Notes under the pieces: model-generated
Seen by the model: only the letters and a program-made list of their open reading frames with translations
Database searches by the model: none
Told to the model about the DNA's origin: nothing
Translations under genes and position numbers: made by a program
NCBI GenBank assembly: GCA_000402775.1
Contig: AQSC01000058.1
Span: forward strand, 1-49,872
Direction of reading: 5' to 3'
Length of the DNA stretch: 49,872 nucleotides
From: Euryarchaeota archaeon SCGC AAA252-I15
GTDB taxonomy: Archaea > Altiarchaeota > Altiarchaeia > IMC4 > SCGC-AAA252-I15
Part shown: positions 9,665 to 19,849 of the stretch, piece by piece
Position numbering within the stretch: the first letter of the stretch is position 1
Layout of the letters: every line of letters begins with the position of its first letter

Positions 9665-11254
9665 TTACTCGTCGAGTATGTTTTCAGCCTGCTCGATATA
9701 GCTTTCGGTGACATAGGGGATGCCGGAGACTTCCGCCGCTTCGCGGGTCAGGCACATGAGGTCGTCCCGCTTGATTACTCCCACATTAAACCTTCGTGCG
9801 CCCGCCATAATCTGTTGGAGCCCTATTGAAAGCTTTTGGACTACGCTGTACACTCCGATTGCACCGAGCGGTATCTTGTCGAAGTCTTTGCCGTTGCGGT
9901 CTTTAAGTTCTGCGTAGTGGATGAATATCTCTTCCTCAGTCGTACCGTAGTCTGAGACCGACTTCGGGAGTTTTCCCTCCTTGATCCACTTGCCGATGTT
10001 TTTACCGACCATTCCGGGGATCATGAGGCCCCTGCCCATGCAGACTGCCTTGACGTATGGCGCGCCCAAGGCGATGGCCTTGAAGATGTGGTCTTCGGTC
10101 GAGAAGCCGCCCGCGAAGGCGAGGTCTGGAACCCGCAAACCCTTCTTCCGAAGCTTTTCCGCGAAGTGGTAGCTCATGGAATGAAGGTAGAATGAGGGCA
10201 CTCCCCACTCGTTCATCATCGGCCACGGGCTCATTCCGGTTCCGCCGGGCGCTCCGTCAATGGTTAGGAGGTCGACTTTTGCCTCACTACTGTAGCGGAG
10301 TGCCATCGCAAGCTCTGGCAGGCCATAAGCTCCTGTTTTGAGTGTAATCCTCTTAAATCCCAGTCCTCTAAGTCTGTCACATTCTTCCATGAAAGCCTCT
10401 TTCGATACGAAGCCGAGGCGCGAGTGGCGTTCGAATTCCTTTATACCGCCAGCCTTGAATGCCGCTTGTATCGCATGGTCTTCTGGGTCGGGGGTTACAA
10501 GGTATCCTCTCTTTTTAAGTTCTAACGCCCTTTCAAGGCTTTTCACTTTGATCTCTCCGCCGATGCATTTTGCACCCTGACCCCACTTAAGCTCGATGGT
10601 GTCCAGGTTGTGCTTGCTCGAAACGTATTCGGCGATGCCTAAGCGCGTGTCTTCGACGTTCATCTGGACGAGGATTTCACCGTAGCCTTCGTGGAAGAGA
10701 TTGTATTGGTTTATCCTCCGGTCCATGTCGGGGGACTCCTTCACTTTTCCGTTTCCGTCGAGTTTTAGTCCGGGGTCGATTCCGCAAACATTTTCGCCGC
10801 ATACGAGTGTGATACCTGATATGGCAGCTCCAATTGCGAACTCATCCCAGTTTTTCCTCGCTATTTCGGTCGAGCCCAATGCGCCTGTGAATATCGGCAC
10901 CTTCATCTTAACTTTCTTGTCCCAACCGTATTCGGTTTCAGTATCTACGGCAGGAAAGATTGCGGTGTTGGGTCCGGGTCTGACTCCTCCAGGAAGACCC
11001 TCAGCACCCGCCGCGTATCCGTGGATGTTCAGATGAGAGTAGTCTATCGGATAATTCTTGTCCGCTCCCGCAGTTATTTCTCCGTATGGTCCGGGATATA
11101 GGAGTTCCCTTCCCCTGAAGGTTGAAAGCCAGAGGTCGCATTTTCCAGTACACCCGTCCACACATTTCGTACATATTCCCGACATGGGGACTACGCTTCG
11201 TGAACGGTTTACCGTCCCCAATGCTTCGTTAGCGTTTGGTCTTCTCAAGTTCAT
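9665..11254 (-). CDS. Archaeal-type glutamate synthase, stand-alone FMN-binding subunit
   Basis: IELKWGQGAK, ITLKTGAY, TIDGAPGGTGMSP, GGFSTEDHIFKAIALGAPYVKAVCMGR. Confidence 0.9.
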   Translation of the reverse strand: MNLRRPNANEALGTVNRSRSVVPMSGICTKCVDGCTGKCDLWLSTFRGRELLYPGPYGEITAGADKNYPIDYSHLNIHGYAAGAEGLPGGVRPGPNTAIFPAVDTETEYGWDKKVKMKVPIFTGALGSTEIARKNWDEFAIGAAISGITLVCGENVCGIDPGLKLDGNGKVKESPDMDRRINQYNLFHEGYGEILVQMNVEDTRLGIAEYVSSKHNLDTIELKWGQGAKCIGGEIKVKSLERALELKKRGYLVTPDPEDHAIQAAFKAGGIKEFERHSRLGFVSKEAFMEECDRLRGLGFKRITLKTGAYGLPELAMALRYSSEAKVDLLTIDGAPGGTGMSPWPMMNEWGVPSFYLHSMSYHFAEKLRKKGLRVPDLAFAGGFSTEDHIFKAIALGAPYVKAVCMGRGLMIPGMVGKNIGKWIKEGKLPKSVSDYGTTEEEIFIHYAELKDRNGKDFDKIPLGAIGVYSVVQKLSIGLQQIMAGARRFNVGVIKRDDLMCLTREAAEVSGIPYVTESYIEQAENILDE

Positions 11255-11597
11255 TTTATCACCTGTTTTTTTATTTAAACTAAAATTGTGATTTCTAATA
11301 TAAAAACTTATGGTTTATAAAACAAATGAAAATTTGATTTTTAGTTTATAATAAAATAAGTATCTGTATTAAAACAGAGAATATAGTTTATAAAAAAAAC
11401 TAAAAGCAATAAATATTTTGGATAAAATACCTATGAAAAAGTCTCATAAAGGTTGAAAAACCATACTTTAAATGAGGGGATCAGTTAAAACAACCCCAAA
11501 AAGATAGTCTCCCAACACTGTTAAAAAAAGTAACCTGAGAGCATGCCAGAACCATCAAAAGCTCAAGCCTAATCTCGCCAGCTCCCTGTACTCTCCC

Positions 11598-12875
11598 TTA
11601 CTTCTTAAGCTTTCCGGCAATTCGATTTATCGCAAGAACATAAGCCCCAAACCTATTGTCGACATCATACTTTTTTGCCGTTTCAAGGACTTTAGAAGTA
11701 TTCGTTCTCATTGTTTCCTCCAGCATCCCGTCGACCTTCTCAGCACTCCACTGCTCTTTAGCCAGATTCTGCTGCCACTCGTAACATGAAACAGTCACAC
11801 CACCCGCATTAGCCAAAACATCAGGCAGCATCACAATCCCTTTCTCATATAACACCGAGTCGGCTTCGGGCGTTGTTGGGCCATTAGCCAACTCAACAAC
11901 AACTTTTGCCGTTATCTTGTCTGCATTCTTGTCGGTGATGACATTCTCTAATGCAGCCGGAGCCAGTACATCACATTCCAATTCCAGCAATTCCTGATTT
12001 GTCACTTTTTCCGCGTCAGGATAATACGCTACAGTCTTGTCAGGACTCGATTGTTTGTACTCTAAAATTTTACGGGGGTCAAGACCATTGGGATTGTAAA
12101 TCCCCCCCTTTGAATCGGAAATCCCAATCACCTTGCACCCATCCTGTTCGTGCACCAGTCGTGCGAAAATAGAGCCGGCATTTCCAAACCCCTGTACGAC
12201 AACCCGATCTCCTTTCAAAGTTTTTAAGGCCGTATATCCTTTTTCAACAGCCTCTCTCAATACAAATTGACCCCCCCGGGCCGTTGCTTCATCTCTTCCA
12301 ACAGACCCACCGTTGTTAAGAGATTTTCCTGTGACGACGCCCAAAACTTCTTCACTCGGTTTTCCCACAAATTTTGCATACTCATCAACAATCCAACCCA
12401 TAATCTGTGAATTAGTATAAACATCAGGTGCGGGAATATCCTTGTCAGGGCCAATATTTGGGGCAATTGCTCTTGTAAACGCTCGCGTCATTCTTTCAAG
12501 CTCGCCTTCTGACATGGCGGCAATACCATCATGCCCTCTTGGATTGCAGATAATACCACCCTTCCCTCCACCCAAAGGCAAGTCCACTGTGGCGCACTTT
12601 ATGCTCATCCATGTTGCAAGGGCCCTTACTTCATCCAGATCAACATTCCAGTGGTATCTGATACCTCCTTTGTAGGGGCCACGTGCATCATTGTGTTGAA
12701 CCCGGAAGCCTTGGAAAACTCTTACACTACCATCATCCATCTTGACGGGAAATGAAACACTTATCTCTCGTTGCGGATGTAACAGAATTTCTGTTATCCA
12801 CGACTCCAAACCGATTTTTCCTGCAACATTTCCTATAACTTTTTTAGCATTGTCGTAAGGAGTTATTTTTTTCAT
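11598..12875 (-). CDS. gdhA: Glutamate dehydrogenase (Glu/Leu/Phe/Val family)
   Basis: RGPYKGGIRYH, GGGKGG, DIPAPDVYT, VTGK, GFGNAG, ELANGPTT, PDVLANAGGVTVS. Confidence 0.96.
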   Translation of the reverse strand: MKKITPYDNAKKVIGNVAGKIGLESWITEILLHPQREISVSFPVKMDDGSVRVFQGFRVQHNDARGPYKGGIRYHWNVDLDEVRALATWMSIKCATVDLPLGGGKGGIICNPRGHDGIAAMSEGELERMTRAFTRAIAPNIGPDKDIPAPDVYTNSQIMGWIVDEYAKFVGKPSEEVLGVVTGKSLNNGGSVGRDEATARGGQFVLREAVEKGYTALKTLKGDRVVVQGFGNAGSIFARLVHEQDGCKVIGISDSKGGIYNPNGLDPRKILEYKQSSPDKTVAYYPDAEKVTNQELLELECDVLAPAALENVITDKNADKITAKVVVELANGPTTPEADSVLYEKGIVMLPDVLANAGGVTVSCYEWQQNLAKEQWSAEKVDGMLEETMRTNTSKVLETAKKYDVDNRFGAYVLAINRIAGKLKK

Positions 12876-13163
12876 TTTATTCCTCCCAGTAGTTTACCAC
12901 TCACCAGCATATTCTGCCAATAGTGAATTAGCTTTAATTCAAAAAACATTGATTTCCAGCAATAAAAATATGGAGTTTAAAATAGAAATGTTGTGGAGAT
13001 TAATAGTTTACAAAATAAATTATGATTTTTGAAAAAGTTTTTTTTATCAACTATACACAATGGAACTTCCAAATCCATAAAGAAGCTCGCCCCCGGAAGC
13101 CACAGACCCTACGGAAGAGTATACTCACACTAATTTTTCTTCCAACAATCCCAATTTTAGTAT

Positions 13164-15188
13164 ATGCCAGTCTCAAAGACCAGACGCCCGGACGAAAAAG
13201 AAGGTCTGAAGGACGATTTACAGGCTGAGAGGGAGAAACCCAGAGTCTTGTTCTTAAGCCGTGGGGAATGGCCTACGGGAATGCTGGAGGTAGCCTCATG
13301 GCTCGACCACAAGAAGGTTGCAGATCCTCTAGTCTACAATATGCAACCCCCATACTTATTCTCCATAAAACAGGGAATGCGAAAACACATACGTGAGGGG
13401 CCAATAGACCCTGAAGTTGCAAAAACATTCCTGTATGGATCCATAAGATTACCACCCTCAACGATGGTTCGAAAGGAAGGAGATAATACATGGAAAGTCC
13501 AAGATCCAAATTCTGATAAAAAATACTTAATTGAAGATGAGGGTGATAGACTCGCGTATTACGACACTAAGGGCCTAGATACCGGGGAGGCGAAACACGC
13601 ATTCGAAAGTCTTTCGGGAAGAATGGGCATTCAAATGGGGAAGTTAGTTGAAGCAGACGGTGCTTTAACAGAGACTGCTAAATGGGTTGTCGAACAGGTT
13701 GGAAGTGGCACCCTCAAAACTTTGGCTGAATTCGACCCGGACGTTATAGGCTTTAGAGCTGAAGGAATCATGGAAGCAAGCCGGCTAATAAATTACGTTG
13801 ATATCATGAGGCACTTTTCTAGAGCGGAAATCGTATTGGGCGGGCCTGATGCCACCGTCCACAGGGATGAACTTTTGACTGAAGTCGAACCAGACTTTAT
13901 TTTGTCTGGGGAGGCTGAGGAGTCAGCCGAGCAGCTTATGGAGTTTATTCGGTCAAGGGGTAGTCCCCGGGAATTATCTCGGGAAGAGCAGGAGAGGTTG
14001 CTTCGTATTCCAGGTATTTCCACGCCCGCGGGTATGGAACTTCACAGGCCCATGCTTTCCAGGACGGGTTTAGAAAGCTATGGAATTAATTGGCGGCTTA
14101 TGCGCGGGTGGGGTAAAGATGATGGTACTGATGTTGGAAATCTTCACTATTCGGGGAGTAGGGGATGTCCATATGACTGTACGATGTGTAATCGACTCCA
14201 CGGAAAGGAATTCCGGGGGAAGAGTCCCGAACGGATGATGAAAGACCTTCACGCTCTTGATGTTGCGATTGATGAAGGTGTTATAAATCCATTAGTGGAC
14301 AACGTTTATCATGATGTAGAAGAACCAGGATTCAGAGGGCGAAAGGCAACTATACTTGGAATTGGAGATGAAAACTTCCTCCTGAATCGGCAGAGGGCGT
14401 TAGACTTCTTCAAGCTTTGGGGGTATTCCGACTTGAGCTCACGCTACCGGCTCAACATTCAGACTAATCCGAAATCATTTTTCCGTGAGGCTGAACTCGA
14501 CGAGGAACTGTTAGGTTTAATCGACGAGCTTAAGGTTTTCGTTCAGTTGGGTGTGGAATCCTTCAATCCCCTGTTTAACGAGAGGATTAGAAAGCCTTGT
14601 ACGCCTGAAGAGTCTTTGAAGGTTCTTGACCGCTTTGATGAGATGGGCCAGGATTACGCAGCATTTATCATGCTTTCAGACTACGAGACGACTCCTGAAG
14701 AGTTTGTTGAAAGTCTTCGCTTGCTTGCAGTAGAACACATCAATCACCCTCACATGGACACTTGGATTTCGACGATGACTCAACCTGTATACGAGTCTCA
14801 AGTTAGAAGGAATTTGGTTGAGCGAGGCCTTATTAAATCAGATGAGATAACTGATTATATAGATTCCCGCAAATCACATCCCGAACTAATGGATCCAGTA
14901 ACAGGATGTTTGGCGCAGGCTGTTGAAATCCCCCTTGAACATCTGAGGGCTCAGGGTATTCCCCCTCACGATAGGAGAATAGTGTACCTTAATGCATTCG
15001 AACAAGTGGGAAATGTCCTTGAAGAGCGTGTGAGAGATATCACAGGACGTGAGAGCTCAGTGATGCCGAGAATATTTAGCGGGCGAAAACCTCTTGATCC
15101 CGCCCAACAGAGTGAACTCGAACAATTAATGAGGTTGAAAGAACAAGCAGTTAACGCTGCAAGGGAGATTGAGGCTATAGCAGTATAG
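13164..15188 (+). CDS. Cobalamin-binding radical SAM protein
   Basis: DVIGF...IVLGGPDAT B12-binding region; SRGCPYDCTMC (CxxxCxxC); DENF; GVESFN. Confidence 0.85.
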   Translation: MPVSKTRRPDEKEGLKDDLQAEREKPRVLFLSRGEWPTGMLEVASWLDHKKVADPLVYNMQPPYLFSIKQGMRKHIREGPIDPEVAKTFLYGSIRLPPSTMVRKEGDNTWKVQDPNSDKKYLIEDEGDRLAYYDTKGLDTGEAKHAFESLSGRMGIQMGKLVEADGALTETAKWVVEQVGSGTLKTLAEFDPDVIGFRAEGIMEASRLINYVDIMRHFSRAEIVLGGPDATVHRDELLTEVEPDFILSGEAEESAEQLMEFIRSRGSPRELSREEQERLLRIPGISTPAGMELHRPMLSRTGLESYGINWRLMRGWGKDDGTDVGNLHYSGSRGCPYDCTMCNRLHGKEFRGKSPERMMKDLHALDVAIDEGVINPLVDNVYHDVEEPGFRGRKATILGIGDENFLLNRQRALDFFKLWGYSDLSSRYRLNIQTNPKSFFREAELDEELLGLIDELKVFVQLGVESFNPLFNERIRKPCTPEESLKVLDRFDEMGQDYAAFIMLSDYETTPEEFVESLRLLAVEHINHPHMDTWISTMTQPVYESQVRRNLVERGLIKSDEITDYIDSRKSHPELMDPVTGCLAQAVEIPLEHLRAQGIPPHDRRIVYLNAFEQVGNVLEERVRDITGRESSVMPRIFSGRKPLDPAQQSELEQLMRLKEQAVNAAREIEAIAV

Positions 15189-15198
15189 GATATTTTTT

Positions 15199-15648
15199 TT
15201 ATTCCAGTCCCCTTTGTCGTAGGGTTTTTGTGATGTTTCCTCGGACGGTTTGGGGTAGGCGGTCGTCTTTCGCCAAGTCCCGGAAGAGTGATTGGTTTCT
15301 TCCCACCACAGTCCGCTGCATTGCCGCTCTTTTTTCAGGGTCTGCCATCTCGTAGGGTCGCGCGTAAGTTTCGGCTGGGCCCTCCCCCCAAGTGCACATT
15401 AATCGTTCAAGACCATTGTTTAAGTCGCCTACGTCCATAAGAGTGAGACACAATGACTTTGTGACTTGCTCGCTATCGAAGAGTGTTACCGCAGTTGCGA
15501 ATTTTAATGCTTCATAAGGTGATGGAGCTTGGATACTATCAAGGTCCCAGTAGGTGAAGCCGCCGTATTTTTCGGTGAATTCCTCGCGCATGACGGCGTC
15601 CTGATAGTCGACTCCGGATCCTTTTACGCGTGACATCTCTCTAAGCAT
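15199..15648 (-). CDS. Hypothetical protein (149 aa)
   Basis: ORF with a GGTGA RBS-like sequence upstream; converges on the radical SAM gene; no family recognised. Confidence 0.6.
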   Translation of the reverse strand: MLREMSRVKGSGVDYQDAVMREEFTEKYGGFTYWDLDSIQAPSPYEALKFATAVTLFDSEQVTKSLCLTLMDVGDLNNGLERLMCTWGEGPAETYARPYEMADPEKRAAMQRTVVGRNQSLFRDLAKDDRLPQTVRGNITKTLRQRGLE

Positions 15649-15792
15649 GTGATCACCTGCAAGATTTACTAGGGAGGTTTAGATTAAAAATAACTGACAA
15701 ATTGTTGAACAATGTTTATCTTTCATGACAAAATGTCTGCTTGTGGAAAATGCTATTTTAAAGAATTAAAGTAGCATTTTAAACAATCAAAA

Positions 15793-16078
15793 ATGATTTC
15801 AGGAACCATCGACTTGCACGTGCACGCTGGAAAAGACCGAGCCCACCCGCAAGATTGAAGGGAAGTATTATCTTTCAAAGAGGGGTGTTGAATGCGTAGA
15901 GTGTGTGGAAAACTGCCCGTCAGGCGCCTTAACTCTAGAGGGCTTCGACCGGGAGAAATGCATGAGATATCTTGTAGAGCAGAGGGAATACCAGGAGAAG
16001 AAATACAGTTTCATGGAAGGCTGTAAAGTATGCGGCAAATGCGCGACAAAAATCCCTTGCGATTTAAGGATTCCTTAA
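15793..16078 (+). pseudogene. Remnant of a QueG-like 4Fe-4S dicluster protein
   Basis: Start-less frame ...TEPTRKIEGKYYLSKRGVECVECVENCPSGAL...FDREKC...GCKVCGKCATKIPC* ending at 16078. The upstream ATG (15793) is in another frame and stops after 21 codons. Confidence 0.6.
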
Positions 16079-17028
16079 GACAACTTAAGAATATCCTCTA
16101 AAAGTGAAACGAACAATGCCGCAGCCACCAAATCGGCAGTGGTGCCAGGATTCAAGTTATTAGAGTTCGCACGCAAAACCTTGTCAAAAACTTTAAGCTC
16201 TGCCTTACCCTCGTCAGTCAAAACCCCGCCCAAATCCAAAACCTCCCTAGCCTGAGTTGAAACACGCTCCGACTCGCTTACGCCCACTTTTTTGGAAATG
16301 AGGGTGTCAGGATACTTTGACAACACAACTAAAAAGGCCTGAACTATTGCATCATGCACGGAATTAATTTTGGAGGTAATTTTTGAGAGTAGGGGGTAAG
16401 CTTCACCCAAGACAATCCTCAAATCATGAGTTAACTCCTCCGCTAAACGGTCATTAACAGCAGAGATGTGCAATATATCAAGGAGTGTGAACCTGCTTTC
16501 CACGATCTTCTTCTTAGACTCGACTCTTTTCACATCCAACTCTGACTTTGGAAGCCCCCCCGCAGTTGAGATGTTCACAGCATCATAAAAGTAGACTGCA
16601 TCCTCAATGGTTGAGGCGGCGAGAATCCTGTGCACGGAATCACTCAGATGAGTTACGTCCTTTTTCTCCGCCAGACACAAACCAGCAGCAACTGAAATCG
16701 GAATGAAAAGAAGTGCAATTCCAAGATGAGTGTTCCCACCATCATGGGATTTGCGAACATCCGAAACAGCTTGCAAAATCATCTTCCCCAGATGGATTTG
16801 ATTTGAAGAAATTTTTTCCGAACCGGCCTTAAAGCCGGTGTAAGCCGCCTTTGCAACTGTTGGCTTCAAAGCACGAGCCCCAGCCTCAAAATCCGAGAAA
16901 GTGGTATCCCGAAAAGAATGTGTTGGAGTGACATTCCCGGGTTTTTCCGCAGAAGCCTCAAGAATGCAAGCTTGCTCTGCTGCTTCAGCGATTGACTTGA
17001 TTTTCTCTTTTAGTATTGAGTCATTCAT
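16075..17028 (-). CDS. citG: CitG-like triphosphoribosyl-dephospho-CoA synthase family protein
   Basis: ACILEASAEKPGNVT, NTHLGIALLFIP, PDTLISKK, NPGTTADLVAAALF. Confidence 0.85.
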   Translation of the reverse strand: MNDSILKEKIKSIAEAAEQACILEASAEKPGNVTPTHSFRDTTFSDFEAGARALKPTVAKAAYTGFKAGSEKISSNQIHLGKMILQAVSDVRKSHDGGNTHLGIALLFIPISVAAGLCLAEKKDVTHLSDSVHRILAASTIEDAVYFYDAVNISTAGGLPKSELDVKRVESKKKIVESRFTLLDILHISAVNDRLAEELTHDLRIVLGEAYPLLSKITSKINSVHDAIVQAFLVVLSKYPDTLISKKVGVSESERVSTQAREVLDLGGVLTDEGKAELKVFDKVLRANSNNLNPGTTADLVAAALFVSLLEDILKLS

Positions 17029-17906
17029 AATCTCAGGGGAATTTTGTATTTACCTAGCTTGCCTCCATAGTTTCCAGCAGACACTTTCACAAGACCGGGA
17101 GTCTTTGAAACTGCTTTTAAGCTGGCTGCGGTAGCTTCACTGACTTTTTCAAGTGAAACTCCATCGATTATTATTTCATAGACGGATTCAATTTCTTCAG
17201 AAAGTTTGGATTCAACTACGTCTTTTAAGGTGGGGCAGAATTCATGATTAGTAGACGCTATGAGAAAGTCATATTTCATACTCCTAACTTTAGAGCCGGA
17301 AGAACAAACACCCCCTGGAAAGGGCGTTATAACTCCCCCGATTTTTTTTACGGCCGCAACCGCCCTCTCCGCTGCAAAAAGAGCGGATTCGTCAGAGTCT
17401 CCCATAAGCCACAGGTTCCCTCCCATCACGCCTTCACCGTAACTTAGGTTTTTTTCTATTTGGAATGTTCCGGACATGATGGGGATTTCAGTCATGGTGC
17501 GGTCGAAATCGTCTTTCTCTGATTGGAATCCGTCCCCGAAAAAGCCGAGCTTGTAGCCCACTGGCAGGCTTTCCCCCGTGTCAAGCGCATTGAAGACTCG
17601 TGTTGTGGGGCAGGTGAGAATCGACTGGCTTATCCTGTGTATTAACGCCCATTCAAGCAGTTTCACGGCATCCTTTCTAAACTTTGGAACGTGAAACTGG
17701 AGGATTGCTCCCACACGCCCGTCAGGCGTCTTCGATGCTTCAACGTAGGAATCAAGTCCCGCCTCACAATCACATGAAATCGTGCTCGTCGCATAACCTG
17801 TTGCTGAATTTACGGCTTGATTCAGCCAAGCATCATTTTTAGCAGTAACCAATATCCGCGAGTAAACACTTCCAAAAGCTTCCGCATACGTGTCGTCAAC
17901 AATCAT
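17025..17906 (-). CDS. ftr: Formylmethanofuran:H4MPT formyltransferase
   Basis: IVDDTYAEAF, ATSTISCDCEAG, TPDGRVG, RISQSILTCPTT, GVMGGN, TPFPGGVCSSGSK, SAGNYGGKLG. Confidence 0.95.
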   Translation of the reverse strand: MIVDDTYAEAFGSVYSRILVTAKNDAWLNQAVNSATGYATSTISCDCEAGLDSYVEASKTPDGRVGAILQFHVPKFRKDAVKLLEWALIHRISQSILTCPTTRVFNALDTGESLPVGYKLGFFGDGFQSEKDDFDRTMTEIPIMSGTFQIEKNLSYGEGVMGGNLWLMGDSDESALFAAERAVAAVKKIGGVITPFPGGVCSSGSKVRSMKYDFLIASTNHEFCPTLKDVVESKLSEEIESVYEIIIDGVSLEKVSEATAASLKAVSKTPGLVKVSAGNYGGKLGKYKIPLRL

Positions 17907-18331
17907 CGTTGATTAACTTTATCAATCTCAAGATTAATTAAGACTGGACTCCCTTTAGCAATCTCTTTTATAAGGTTCACATCCAAGTCAACCGCCGCCT
18001 TATCAGAATTGATCGCAAGCGTTCTAGGACAGATGAAACCGCTTTTCCTAATGACCATGTCGGCTGGGTGAGTAAGGATTAATTCCTTACGGCCACTTGC
18101 AGAAATACTTTCAGATATTCCCCCGCATTCAATAATAACCTTGAGTCTGGCATCCCCGTCCCTTAAATTATCCTTGAAACATTCGCTTAAATCCGCGCAA
18201 CCCTTGGAAGCTTTTATTGCGATAATGCAGTCTCCGCTAGGTGTGAGATAATCTTCTTTTGTGAACATTAAAGTGGTCTTATGATTTGCAGTAACGTTTG
18301 AGTGTCCTATAGCAGTAATACTTTCAATCAT
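17903..18331 (-). CDS. DUF371 family protein
   Basis: GHSNVTANHKTTLMFTKEDYLTPSGDCII, IRKSGFICPRTL. Confidence 0.9.
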   Translation of the reverse strand: MIESITAIGHSNVTANHKTTLMFTKEDYLTPSGDCIIAIKASKGCADLSECFKDNLRDGDARLKVIIECGGISESISASGRKELILTHPADMVIRKSGFICPRTLAINSDKAAVDLDVNLIKEIAKGSPVLINLEIDKVNQR

Positions 18332-18345
18332 GAGTGTTTTAAAGA

Positions 18346-19839
18346 TTATTCTTCAGGAGCGTCAAGACTTTTATTGTCTTTTATGGCCTGGATGACGGAC
18401 TTGGGGTTATAGTGGTATCTCTGGAAAATCGAAATGACTTCGTTGTTTTCAGTTATGTTGTTGTCGACCATGTACTTTAAAACCCTCTCCCTGATATAAA
18501 GTTCAGTATTCAACCTCTTTTTAGTGATACCAACACCCCGAGCAATCTTTTCTTTGAGAATGATCGGATACATAGTACGGCTGATCTGGTCGGTCTCGAC
18601 ATCCCAGCTGAAGATATCCCCCAACTGCACTACATCCTCTTCCACACCTGATACTTCCGAAACTTGGGTGACACGCCTCACAAGCCCCTTACTCCTGTCA
18701 AAAATCCTGTTTAAAACAACAATCAGATCAACCAGAGGTATCATCCGGACCGGGACGTTCATGGGCTGCTCCATCAAACGGATTGTAGTCTCCCTTGCAT
18801 TGTTTGCGTGAATCGTACCCATGGACCCGTCTAACCCAATGTCCATGGCCACAAGAAGGGTTTCAGCCTCACTACCTCTTACTTCACCGACAATAACCCT
18901 GTCAGGGCGCATTCTAAGGGAGTTTTTCACGAGCATGTGCATGTCAAGCTGTGAATCCTGGCCAATAGAGTAGGGAGTGGCTTCAAGTGAAACCCAGTTT
19001 TCAATGTAGCCGAAGTTCAATTCCAACGTGTCTTCGATGGTAACCACCCTCTCGGTTTTCGGGATGAACATTGCCAAAGCATTTAATAGAGTCGTCTTTC
19101 CCGAACCGGCCCCTCCCGAGATTAATATATCACACGGCTTTAAGCCAAACCCTTCAACGCAAACCCAGAAGAAGGCTCCAAGACCCTCGGTTAAGGTGCC
19201 TATTTTAATCAACTCGATTATGTTGAAAGGCGTCTTCTTGAATTTCCTGATTGTTATCGCAGGCCCGTGAGGCGACGCCGGCGGTATCACGACATTCACC
19301 CTGCTTCCGTCGGGAAGATGCGCGTCAAACAAGGGACGCTCCGAAGAAATCTCCCTCCCAGCGTAATTACTCATCCAGTGAATAAACTTGTCGAGCTGCT
19401 TGTAGTCTGTGAACTTGAGGTTCGTAGTGCACATCCCATATTTTCGATGGATTATGAAAATCGGTACGTTCACATTGTTTATCATAATCTCTTCGAGCTG
19501 GTCGTCTCGGATCAAGTCCCCGATTAAGCCGTAGCCTAAAAAAACGTCATCCAAAATCTTTAATACCAGATACTCCGTGTTTTCCTCGGAAACGTTTTTC
19601 TTCGCCAAGTTCTTGCGAAGGTAATCTGTGATAAACTCTTCCTTCTCACTTGAAGACTTGAATTCACTCACCTTCTCCATAACCTTCTTAAAGTCATCCA
19701 CGACACTTAAGGGATCATCAACTATTTTCTGGTCGGCAGGGGAAAGATCGGGCGGGAGAATAATATACTTTGGGATTTCACTTTCATTTTCACGGACAAT
19801 TTTCACTTGACCGTAGGAATCAATTATTTCAGGATCCAT
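18346..19839 (-). CDS. TadA/CpaF/VirB11-family secretion or pilus ATPase
   Basis: GSRVN, TIRKF, Walker A GGAGSGKTT, IEDTLEL, LRMRPDRVIVGEVRG, TIHANN. Confidence 0.93.
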   Translation of the reverse strand: MDPEIIDSYGQVKIVRENESEIPKYIILPPDLSPADQKIVDDPLSVVDDFKKVMEKVSEFKSSSEKEEFITDYLRKNLAKKNVSEENTEYLVLKILDDVFLGYGLIGDLIRDDQLEEIMINNVNVPIFIIHRKYGMCTTNLKFTDYKQLDKFIHWMSNYAGREISSERPLFDAHLPDGSRVNVVIPPASPHGPAITIRKFKKTPFNIIELIKIGTLTEGLGAFFWVCVEGFGLKPCDILISGGAGSGKTTLLNALAMFIPKTERVVTIEDTLELNFGYIENWVSLEATPYSIGQDSQLDMHMLVKNSLRMRPDRVIVGEVRGSEAETLLVAMDIGLDGSMGTIHANNARETTIRLMEQPMNVPVRMIPLVDLIVVLNRIFDRSKGLVRRVTQVSEVSGVEEDVVQLGDIFSWDVETDQISRTMYPIILKEKIARGVGITKKRLNTELYIRERVLKYMVDNNITENNEVISIFQRYHYNPKSVIQAIKDNKSLDAPEE

Positions 19840-19849
19840 GTGTAAAGTC

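Noticed and set aside
11255-13163. NrpR-type nitrogen operator (GGAA-N6-TTCC) near glutamate synthase and gdhA
   Set aside because: No correctly spaced match was found by eye; the intergenic regions are simply AT-rich.
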